From contig NW_019091362.1 in the NCBI RefSeq assembly GCF_001949145.1, positions 2,840,204-2,904,203 of the forward strand: DNA of 64,000 bases, written 5' to 3'. The notes below the pieces were generated by a model. That model did not search any database. It was given only the letters and a program-made list of their open reading frames with translations, and had not been told where the DNA came from. Of this stretch, positions 13,701 through 24,728 are shown piece by piece. Source of the stretch: Acanthaster planci (lineage: Eukaryota). The stretch's first letter is position 1. Every line of letters begins with the position of its first letter. A program made the position numbers and the translations under genes.

Positions 13701-14482
13701 AAGAGTTCATTTTAACGCCAGCAACTTGTCTCCAAAGTGCAGGCAACCCACGCTCAGAGCAGGATCCACCAGAACCAGATGCACACATCTTCTCTCTCTC
13801 CTGTTCAATTATTATTATTTTTTTTTTGGTTGTGGCGCGCATAATCGTGCATGTGACAACTCTGGGCCATCAGGTTTGGTTTTTGTACTCCAAAAATTCC
13901 CTTGGGCTGCCCCAATACAATACGTGGTACCAAACTTACAAAAAAAAAAAAGCAGGCTGATGTTTCGGACTTTTCAAACAGGCCACCAGACATGGACAAT
14001 GTCGTAATGTGTACCCAAGCAAAAAGAAAACGCCAGATGCACCAAGAGCACAGCTGACATAATTTTTCGGGGGGGGGGGAAGGAAGAATACAGATTGAAG
14101 CTATTGAGAAGCAGAGTGCTGTCGTCTCACAGTTGTGTGGGGCATGACTGTTCATTATTCATGGGGGTATGCAATTGTCCATTAATCAAATCTTGGATAT
14201 TCCAGCAACACAGCCTTTAAGCCATCGCTTTTCATTTCACCAAACAGAGAGATGAATCACACATTTTGATTGTTGTATCAACAGTAAGGCATTTAAAACA
14301 GCGGTGTTTGTCAAAAAAAAGGGAAGGGAGGAATCATTGGGGTCTCTGTACTTTGGAACGAGGTTTAATAACGATCTGTGAAATTTGACAGCTTGACAGA
14401 GCAGCAATGATGCTTGTCCAATGTCCACATCAAATCTCTCCCCACCTCTAACACAGTTGCATCTCAGTGAGACGGGTCTCAC

Positions 14483-14516
14483 CAAGCTCATAGCAAGATA
14501 GATTCCTCCCTTGCAT
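14483..14516 (-). CDS. Candidate alternative first coding exon: MQGRNLSCYEL plus 1 nt (phase 1)
   Basis: ATG with A at -3, 34 nt (11 codons + 1), donor TTG|GTGAGA (14482-14477). Confidence 0.35.
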
Positions 14517-17500
14517 TATAAATGAACGGCCGAGTGTTCGAGTTGGAAATCTTTCTGTTTAGCAAATACTCTGATTCTGCCCACAAGCCAAAAACAAGAA
14601 ATGAAAGAAAATGCAACATGGCAAGATCCCTGTAGGGGAATCGTGTAGGGGTCCTATAGGGGTTCTCCTGCCAAGGAGAACTCTGGCCGTCTGCACTCCC
14701 ATATACAAGTCTGCTTCTGGAATGGGCCAAGTCAATCAGTCCTGGCTATCTGTACAAATACTGAGGGTTATTTACAAGGGAAAGGTTTCTCCAACTCAGA
14801 CCCTGGGGACCGTCTGCCTCTTTCTCCTGAAGTTCAAGGCTAACAAGCCACCATTTGCCAGACTGTAATCCGTGCTCTGTTTCAACCCTGAAGAAGGGGA
14901 AGGAAGACTGAAAAATGCGCTGTTTGATGGCAACAAAGCGAGCTTGGAGTTGTTTAAACATGCAGTGCACTTCAATTACCATGTATCTGTCATTCTATAT
15001 AGCGAACTATCACAATAATAAACAATTTTAATTACACACTTTTTTTGTTCATTATTTTGTGAAAAGCAACAGACGAAGGGGCACAGAACAGAAAAAGGAT
15101 TGTGGAACACATTGTACATTAGTGTAAGTCTTCAGTTCAATATCAAGTTGCCACATTAAAAATCTCAAGAAAACCAAAACGTAATAGAAACAGATCTCAG
15201 TGAAAGCTGTCAACCTTCACGCATGACGGTATTGAATGGACACTGGTTTTGCGACTCCCTATGATCGGGTGCGGAAGAAAAACCCACACGCACTGTGGCA
15301 ATGCACTAACATTGGTCTAAAGAGGGCGCCGCTGATACACAAGCCACCGAGATTCGCCACACAGCATGCATCAGAGATTGATCCTGAGTGGTAGCTTCAC
15401 AACGTTTAGGATAAACTTGAAATTAATTTTGTAACTCAAGATTTAATAAAAACAAAAACAGTTTTAACAAATACATTTCAGAAACCATAAATGGAATGCA
15501 ACGGCAAAACATCACAGAAAAAGTGAACCATAGTACCACAAGAGGGTGCACTTCAGTTAGACAAGAGAGGGCGTAATTCAACATGGCAACAAAACGTTCG
15601 GAGGTAAATTTCGCTATACTGAATGACCGCTGTACCGAACATTTCGCGTGGACCCCATTGTGTTCGTTATCGCAGTGTTCCACCGTATATATGTATATTG
15701 TACATGTACATACGCCTACAATGTATGTGTTCATATAGTTATATGACACTTCCATCACTCTAGCGAAGTGTTTAAATAGCAATCTTTTGTACACGGCACA
15801 AAAAAGGAAACCGAGATCCCTGTTGTTGGTTTCCTGAGGTGACTGAATAACTGTTGGCAGACATGACAGGCACTGTAAAACAAATCCGTTCTGGCAAAAT
15901 CTGCACCAATCCAACATTCTGACACTGTGCCTTTCCAGTACTGATACTTCCCTGAGCAACATTTAACATCTACACTACATCAAGGGATTTCTTATTCATG
16001 AAATCACTTCCTACTCATGGGTGGCAAAGCCAAAGTATATAAGTAAGCCAAAGTACTGCTAGCAAGATTATTCGGCTAAGGGAATTCTAAGATAAAACCA
16101 GAGGTTGGAGTTGAACCCTCCACCTTCCGACATCGAAGTACATGTACAGATGCTCTGTGGACATGGAATGTCCCCACAAACACAAGACACCTGCTACTCT
16201 GGGCTTTTAATAGTGCAACACATGTTGAACTTGGCACCTAAAGAAAGTACTCTGTACAGACAATACATTGGTTTATCTGGAAAAGGGAAAAAAAAAAAGG
16301 ACAAAGGACAGCCTGCGAAGGCTTCCACACAACTGGATACCGGACTTCAACCCACTGTCAAGCCGACAAGCAATCCTGACAAATGACTCCAGGAAGTTAG
16401 TATGCTCTGACGCACTGACAGCAACTGTTCCGGTATCTCAGTAATAGTAAGTGATCCTTACGTGTACCACTGATCAGCCAAAGTTCGTGGAAAGCCGGAA
16501 AATTGCCAATAAGTTTAATGACATGGAGATGGGGGGGGGAGTAAAGTGCTGTTATGCTGCAATCGTAAGTAGTTGTTCTTCTGTCAAATGATAACTTCAT
16601 CAACTGTCACAAATCAGGAAGAATTTTTCAACGGTGAGAGATATTGCACTGTTCATTCCATAGGTTGAGGCACTACATTACTGGTGCAGGTTAAAAGTGC
16701 AATTTAGTGGAAATGAGACCAAGGATTAATCACAGTTTTTCTTAAAAGAAAAATGAGGATTCTATTACATCACATGATAAATGAGATGGAATCAGGAGTG
16801 AGCATTATGCAAAAGCAAGGCATGACATACGGCCAACCTCATGCAATATTAAACCAGGCAAAATCCCTAATGCGACGGAAAACAAAGGGAGACTATGACT
16901 TAAAAATATCTAATGAGTTAGATCCCCTCATGAGGACCAGAAAATGGACAGCCACTGAAAGCCGACAAGAAAATGAAGAGACCTCGGAAAAGTGTGGAAA
17001 TTCCTTATAACACCCCTCTTATGAACTTTCTCACTCTGTACTTTTATCCTTGGCGTCAACAGAAATTAGCAGTGATTCCCATCCCCTGGCTCCAGCTTTC
17101 AGCTTTTTACAATCAAATTGCCCATGGCGTAATACCGCGCCATTGGAGTTCTGCCATCCAAAGTTCTTTTTTCCCCTCGTTCATAGGTGGGTAGTGAAGA
17201 GGAAGGTAGGTTGAGAGCATCCACAAGATTTCCGCACCCTTTTTTCCAACTCAAAAGCCACACAGAGCCATGTCCAAACTGCCGGATGTAGCAAGTGACG
17301 GGCACAGCCATACCCGGCTCTCTCCTTGTCAGTTTCGCTTTATTACCTGGCTATAAAAGGCCGAGGGACAATGGCCGCCTGTTCGCTGGCCCTGACACAC
17401 GCTCGTTACGGCCTCTGATCTTTTTGTTTCCCCCCCCCATGAAAGCACAGAAATCTTACACTACCATCATTTCTCACTGCTGCCTGGACTCTTTATTATC

Positions 17501-18321
17501 AAAGACAATTAACTTTGGATCAGTGATACAAAGATTGCTTTAATTCACAGAGGAAGGGGAGAAGCAAAGGAAAGCCCTTCATCATGCATGATTCCATTAT
17601 AAGCCCTTGCCCACCGTGCCATGGATAACATTAAGAGCACCCATTTCTAATGTATTTGAGTTTACCTACTTTAAGTTATGTCGTTTGATACTGGTAACAT
17701 TGATTTCCGGGGGGGGGGGTAATGCCTCGTATGAGGTTAGTATCATTTCTGACCCAATAACACAATGAAAAAATAAACTTTTTACCAGATTATCCCAGAC
17801 ATAACAATATATGCAACTGTTACTATGGTGTTGAATGTATTATTCTTACACTTCCTCCGTCAGTTCACAGTAACTGAAACAAAACACTAACTTGTTGGTA
17901 GACAGCAGTTGTAATGTTTCTGTTTCCTTTCTATGGCCACTGTCCTTTTGACTACATCACACAGGTGTGATTTTTACCATCCCCCCCCAATGGTGCTATC
18001 AAAATGCACCGTGATGAAGTAAGCAATGTCTGTGTTTTGTTCTTGCTCTTCAGATTTCTGGTCTGATCCTGCGTTTTTTAAAATTTCTTTTGAAGACAAA
18101 TTAAATCTATCCCTGCAACTTCTCAGCTCTGACAGCGGATGCTGTCTGTCAGGAAAGTAATTCCCTCCATGCCCCCCAGTGTTTGCCGGCCCTGCCGACA
18201 AAAACATCCCCCTCCGAATCCGAAGAAGGGGACAGGAAAAAAAGTAGGGTTTTCGGCAGTATCGATACCAGTTTATGCCCTGGAGGGAAGCTACATGTAG
18301 GTTGAGGCTGGGACAGCGTAC

Positions 18322-18367
18322 CTTGAAGGTCAGTTACGAACTGGGAGGTGGAAATCCACGTATACAT
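18322..18367 (-). CDS. Weak candidate alternative first exon: MYTWISTSQFVTDLQ plus 1 nt (phase 1)
   Basis: 46 nt (15 codons + 1), donor AAG|GTACGC. The start context is poor (T at -3). Confidence 0.2.
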
Positions 18368-21300
18368 CAATTACAATGGCCTCCAGCTGTTTTGTTTTCA
18401 CAAATACTGTTTTAAAATCATTCTCCCCCCCCCAAAAAAAAAAAATTGAAAGTCTCTCTCAAATTCTTGCATATTTGATCTGACACCTGACTTTAAAAAA
18501 GTCTTCCGAGAATAACTACTGTAAGAAAGCAGCAATCTTTCATGATTAAAAAAGGGGCATTTTTAAAGAATTGAAATTTTAAATAATTTTATAAATTTTT
18601 AATGAGTTCAAACCATTTACATTTTATATTTCTGCAGAACAGTTTGATAAATACAAGCGATCTCCGTGTTTAATCCTTCACATGTATATGGTTCAATATT
18701 GAATCTTCACAGATGCTCACTGTTTGATTAATCACTGAATGTTAAAGACAACTACGTGTGTGTGTGCATGTACCTCTTCAGTGATCAACAAGTGGAACTG
18801 ATGAAAAAAAAAAGTTTTGATGGAATACGAATGTGAACAAATACAGGGAAACCACTCTTTTCGTTTTTAATCACAATTCTCTCTGGTTTACACCTGTTAC
18901 AGATGAGACTTTGAGATTTCCTCCTACACAAAAAAGAAAGGGACAGTTCTGTTTTTGTTATTTGGACTGCATTAATCCTGCCTAAAAAATTGTCCACCAT
19001 GGGAAAAAAAAAGCAGCACTCCAAGCACTAATCAAAACCTATGAATTGGTCCCGTAAAATTTCCCTTTCAAAAAAAAAAAAAAAAAAAACTATTGGCACA
19101 GTCAACATGAATACCCACAGGAGAACTCCAGGGCTGAAAACTCAACAGACTAGCGGGATAACGCAAAAGAATCAGTGCTGTTTTCATTCGGGGACTGCTG
19201 GCTCTCGCCGCACAAAGCCTTGTCTGGCCATTCACTAAGCCAGCTAACCTACTAACACACTAGCCAGATCGACCACCCTAGACAAACATCACCGTGGCAC
19301 GCTGAAGGAGATGAGGGGGAAAAGAGAAAGAAAGTCCAGGGGAAAGAAAGACCAAGAAAGGGACCAAAAAAAAAAAAAATAGACCTGCGCCTCAGGCAGC
19401 CTGCCAACAACATCCAACAGACTCATTTGCATATCACCAGGGGGTCAGGGGTCAAATTCTACACAAGGCGTGGGGGTCGCCGGTGGGTCACTTCTGACGT
19501 AGGCCTATACACACGATACAGACAAGTTGGTATTGAGGCTAAGGTAGAGAATGTGGTTCTATAGGTAGACATTCAACAAGCCCACTGCTGTCGCGTTGCA
19601 GGGTGGATAGCCGTGAGGTCAAACTACTGTGGTACACCCAATAGCAGAGATTGAATTTTCCAGAATGAAAGGGGGGGGGATTACAGTGGGTGTTTGATGC
19701 ACTCGACAAGTACACTGGGCATTCCAAAGCAAATGTTGGCTTGGGATGACCCTGTACTCTACATAACCTAATGGACATTACCTGATGGCTCAGTTTTCCA
19801 TTTGACAAAAGAAGAGGCTGATAATTCAAATTAATATGATATTCTACTCGATGTAATTCTTTCAATCTAACTATGGGAAAATATAGTCAACACATGACTT
19901 GCTGATATCTCTACATTTCAGTTTCTCATTTCAGGCTTCTGGGACACTGCACACAAACTTACTTAACAAACTACTTCTTTGACTTCTTTTATTGGGAAGG
20001 GAGGCCTTGTGGTGTCCTTGTATCTTCCAACTTCTTGAGTTACCTCTCCAAAACCAGTGTGTCCTCTTACTACTCAAACCACCCTAGTTTAGTCTGGTGC
20101 TTTCACTAGAGTGCACTGTTGTGATCCACAGCATTTAAACCAAACAGTCAGAGTATAAGGTCGGGCGTGGGACCACAGACATCAACAGCATCCCCAATGG
20201 AAGTCTTAGATTTACCGAGTCTCGGCGGGCCAGGCCGCAATCCCTCCAGAGAGCCGACCCTTCCTAGAACTAGGTCAATTGTGAAAGGAAAGGGCTGTAA
20301 ATTTGCTTTCCCTAGTTAATCGCTAGGGCCAATTTCACAATTTACTGTCCCAACCAGTGAGTTGGTGAACAGAATCCAAATGAAATACCACCACTATCAA
20401 ACACTTGCTGGCGTGGACGTGTACTTGGCATGAGAGCTGTTATTGAATTTACAGCCGAAAATTGGTGAAAATGTTTTGATAGGGCAAGGCCCTAATTGGG
20501 TAATTTTCGTTTCAATAGCATCAGAACCGACCAAGATGAGTCTGCATGCCTGGCGGCTGGCTACAAGGGAATTACTGGGCAGGAAAGGCTTGAAAGCCAC
20601 AGTCAAATTAGTGCATTTTGTAACACATGTGTGGATAAATATGAGAATCAGAGCTGGAACTGTCAATCTCAGAATGGCCTCTGAAGAAGGATTTGAGCAA
20701 ATTTATAAGCAAAGTGGAGAGAGAATGAATGGATTTTCATAGGAGGAGATTTTGGACGTGGCGAATCAAAATCATCATAGTCATCTTTAAGAGTGTGACA
20801 ACAACACTCAACATTGGCAATAAAAAGTACAACTTCCTTGTTCATTCAAGAACTACTACTGATGACAACAACACTTAATTTGTCTGAAGTGCTTGACATT
20901 TGGCATATGATGGTTGATGTGACCTTGATAACCACCAGGCTAAACGCTGACAATGTCCCAGCACCTCGACAGTCACACGAGCAGAGAGCAGGGAACCCTG
21001 TGAGGTTTGGCGACCGGCATTTATGAAGTGCTCATTCGTACTTTACAAAATTAGTGCACATGCTGCACAGGTGTAAGATGTGTCATGAATCATCCTCACT
21101 TCAACTTGCTCAATGTGAAATGTGTGGAGCGCAATCTCGCTCTAGGCACTGCTCCCGCCGTGCCTGAGAAGCGTCGCTGTTCACAAAATGGATGAGCCAA
21201 GGTTGTAACAAGTTTCACTTCATTTGTTGCAGCGGTGATCTTTGTTCACAATGCACTGACTGAATCTGAGCGGCCACACCTCCTTATTGGCCAATTATCT

Positions 21301-21486
21301 CAACCAGTATGTAACAAAAGGACTAGTGATTTTGCAGGAAAAGCTTTCTGGTAGACCACACAACTCTACACAAACTTGTCATATTTTGTCACAGGTGTCC
21401 GTGTCGACAAATTTGTGTTACTCCGCAGGGCAGCTGGAGAATAGAAATGAAATCCTTTATCAAAAAGGAAAAAGATGCACATTTAC

Positions 21487-21501
21487 CCTTATCCTCACGG
21501 C
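21487..21501 (-). CDS. Candidate 15-nt symmetric microexon: (G)REDK plus 1 nt
   Basis: Acceptor with a T-rich tract ending TAG (21502), exon GCCGTGAGGATAAGG, donor AGG|GTAAAT, open in phase 1-1. Confidence 0.2.
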
Positions 21502-23113
21502 CTAAAAAAAAGATAAAAATTGATTTGTGTTTAAAGAAAAATCCTTTCATGCCATCCGAAATCCCATATCCAACCAAAGACTCTTTCAGTTCAGTTCTCA
21601 CATGCAACATTTCATTGGACGAGGCGGTTTTTACAAAGACTGATGCAACCTCTGCTTGGTTAAGATGGAGTTAAGATGAAGTTTAATAACTCTTGACATA
21701 GATTAAATAAAAGAAAGACTTAGGCGTAACCGTATTTCTGGGATCCATGCTGAAATTTCAGGGGGTGGGGGGGAGTGGTAAACCATGTCGGTCGAGGTCA
21801 GAGCCAAACTAGTGACACTCATGCTCCACTGGAACTCAACTGATGTAGGCTTCAACAAAGGTTGAAATGGAGAATAGAGGAGACTACACGTAGGCCTGGT
21901 GGGTATGTTCCCACAGTGTGCTGGAAGGAAACTCGGGTTTGAAACCGAACAAACCTCTGCCGTTATTCTGCATGTTTTTGTCTCCAGTCACAACTGGTCT
22001 AATACACAAGTTTTGCTAAGTCATGTTCAACAAATCCCACCGCCAAACACCACGTACATGTACATATACATGTTCATCCAACTCTGGAATCTTTTGTATG
22101 ACAGATCAATACATTTAAGATTCAAGGGCAGCATGTGCATTCAGCGCTGGCCAGCACAGACCAGCGCTGAGGCTTGCGCGTCAAGGTCTCTGTCATCATC
22201 AATCAATCAAGTTTTCAATGTTTTTCGACTTGTAGGCCAACAAACGAAAACGAAAAAAGAAACCAAATTTCAAGAATTATCAAAAACACTTACATCCTTG
22301 ATTGAAGTCTTATTTACTGAAAAATTGCTGTGTTCATTGAGGCATTACAGATTAGATGCCACTTTGCGGGATTTCAATTATGCACGCAAGTGACAAGACT
22401 GGAGTTTGGGTATACATGTATCTTGTCTACAATGGTCCCAGCATGTACTTTGTTTCTACAGCTCACTTGGGTCCCCTCACTTTCACAGATCTTGAAAACA
22501 AGTTAAATCAACCGGTGTAATGTCTGATTGAAGCCACAATCTAGCTTAATGTATCAGTTTCTTTGTCGACAAGGGAGTTTGTTCTGCTGTGAGAATTCCA
22601 AATTGGCCATTACCTTATGGAGAATTTTTACTTCAAGATGGTTGAGTACTAAGTTAAATATCGGATAGAATACTTTTTAGGATTGAAGTCAAACAAATTA
22701 TAACAATTTTGTAAGCATTATATACAGGTCCTGTGGGCTAATTCTCCTGTACAAAGAGAACCATGGATGAGAAAATACTGTTTCTTGATCAAGACAATTC
22801 GTGACACAAAACTACAAAACTGAGAAATCTCAGAACAGGTGGTGCTGAATTCTGACTATCAGTAACCTTAAACAATTTAACTGTGACGTGTCCAGTGGTT
22901 GTCATTCATTTGACACAGTTCTTGGTTTCAACATAGAGGGTCCTTGCTCTACGGTTTCAACACTTTAGATTCACTGTGTAGTCAGGGCAGTTTCATCTTA
23001 CTAGAATAAAGAATGGCATGGGGGCAACATGTGTCTCTGGAGGGCACACATTGAGCCTTGGGCATGTGTCCAAATCCAGTGTTGTTTTTTTTTAAATATG
23101 CTTGTGTACATAC

Positions 23114-23150
23114 CCGTACTTGTGATTCTGGAGTTAGCTTGCTGCCCCAT
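23114..23150 (-). CDS. Putative alternative first coding exon: MGQQANSRITST plus 1 nt (phase 1)
   Basis: Start context AACAACATGG, 37 nt (12 codons + 1), donor CGG|GTATGT (23113-23108). Lies at the 3' end of a CpG-rich leader or promoter region (about 23160-23760). Confidence 0.55.
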
Positions 23151-23159
23151 GTTGTTGTC

Positions 23160-23760
23160 ACCTGCAGTTTGGGCCGAGAGAGTCACAAGAGGTGTGAGGG
23201 TCCAATAAAGACGATGGGTCCCACTGCTCTGGGGTCTGGGAAACGGCCAGGTTGAAGCAGGGAGCCAGCTGGGTGACGATTATCCTCGTCTTGGCAGTCG
23301 CTATGGAGGTCGGGGGACGGGTCTCTCCTCGGCTGCAGCACTCAACTCCGTAATGAAGAGACCAAGAAACGAGAGCAGGAGGCACTGACCCGGTCCTTGT
23401 AACATCACAAGTTTCCTATTTCCGATTGATCCATCGAGCATCACAATTCACTCGATACTCTGCGCCTCTCTCCTTTTGCCCCTCCTCTGGGAAGGGAGGC
23501 AGGATGAGAAGATGTCTCAGGATGACGCTGCTGATAGCATCTCCACTCTCTGGTGCACCTAACCCGGCCAGCCCCCCCAAAGCGATCCGAGACGCAGCGT
23601 CTCCCCACTTGGCAATTGATTCATCCAAAGTTATTTCCAAACTGGCTCGTGTGCGCAAGCAAGATGCAGGCACCCAAGGCCGATCTGTACTTGTCGATGT
23701 GGGATTTGGCAGTATTAGTCGGCTCGGCACGGGTGATTGGGCGCACACACACGCATGTTC
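23160..23760 (-). promoter_or_regulatory. CpG-rich internal promoter / 5' leader of the MGQQANS exon
   Basis: Visibly higher GC and CpG density than the flanking intron, directly upstream (minus sense) of ATG 23150. Confidence 0.45.
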
Positions 23761-24662
23761 AAAGACATTGGATACATTTCATGCCTGCATTCACTCATAG
23801 CGGGAAAGTGCCCATTGCTACACATGGCACAAGGGACGACCTACCGACCAATAACACACACATACACAAGCCCGCACACATATTGCAAACAGCCCCAAAA
23901 CGCTCCAAGCAGACTAAGACCTATGTGAAAAAAGTTCATAGTTATGGGCTATTCCATTGCTACATCGGGGAAGGCAACATGTCAGCAAGGGCGCATGGCT
24001 TGTTCATTCTCCTTAGAGCTGGAGGCATTCATTTTGTTGGTCAAGTTCAGGGATACAATTGTAATTCACAGGACAAGATGTACACATGGCAAGCTGTGCT
24101 TGATTTTATGGCTGAAAATTCTTATTTCAGTTTTCTCATTTTTTTGTAGTATTTTTCAAAGTCAAGTCAACATCAGAAATTAATAGGACCGATCCATTTG
24201 GGCAAGCGGGGAGGGTAGGAATGTAGGACAAACTGAAGGATATCCTACCCCCTGCCATACAGAGGAGAAAATAACAACACTGAAAAGCAATCATGCCAAT
24301 CGATTTTTATCAATACCATAACTTGAAATTTAATTGACATACGATCCAAAGTCTCCATACCCGGAGCTCCCCTCCTTCACTTTCAAGCCTTCAAAAGGTC
24401 ATACCATTCCAGCCGCAGGGGAGGTGTCGGGTTGCCCTGGATTGGTTGGGAAAACAACAAGGGGTCAGGCCCGAGCCAGCCACTGAGTGTGAGGGTAATA
24501 CGAACCAGGCTGCCTCAGGGGGTGCCCCAGCATACATGATTCTAAATCATGGGCAAGACCTAAAGATTTGCCTCACTGACCTAGTTACATGGTTACATCC
24601 ACACACACTGGAACTAATGAAACAAAATGTTTTATGTCCACAGTGATGCGCTAGGCATATAC

Positions 24663-24728
24663 CATCGATGGTGTTTACAAAATGTGCATCTTTCAGATCG
24701 TTGTCAAATTCACACAGACATAGAAATT
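24663..24728 (-). CDS. Candidate 66-nt symmetric cassette exon: (E)FLCLCEFDNDLKDAHFVNTID plus 1 nt
   Basis: Strong acceptor TTTTCTTTTTCAG and open in phase 1-1, but the donor ATG|GTATAT is weak. Confidence 0.2.

Noticed and set aside
21321..21334. 14-nt match to miR-7 (GACTAGTGATTTTG)
   Set aside because: The 5' seed region differs and there is no convincing complementary star arm.
23553..24149. 198-aa plus-strand ORF, the longest in the window
   Set aside because: GTG start, overlaps a GC-rich promoter and CA-rich sequence, no homology signal.
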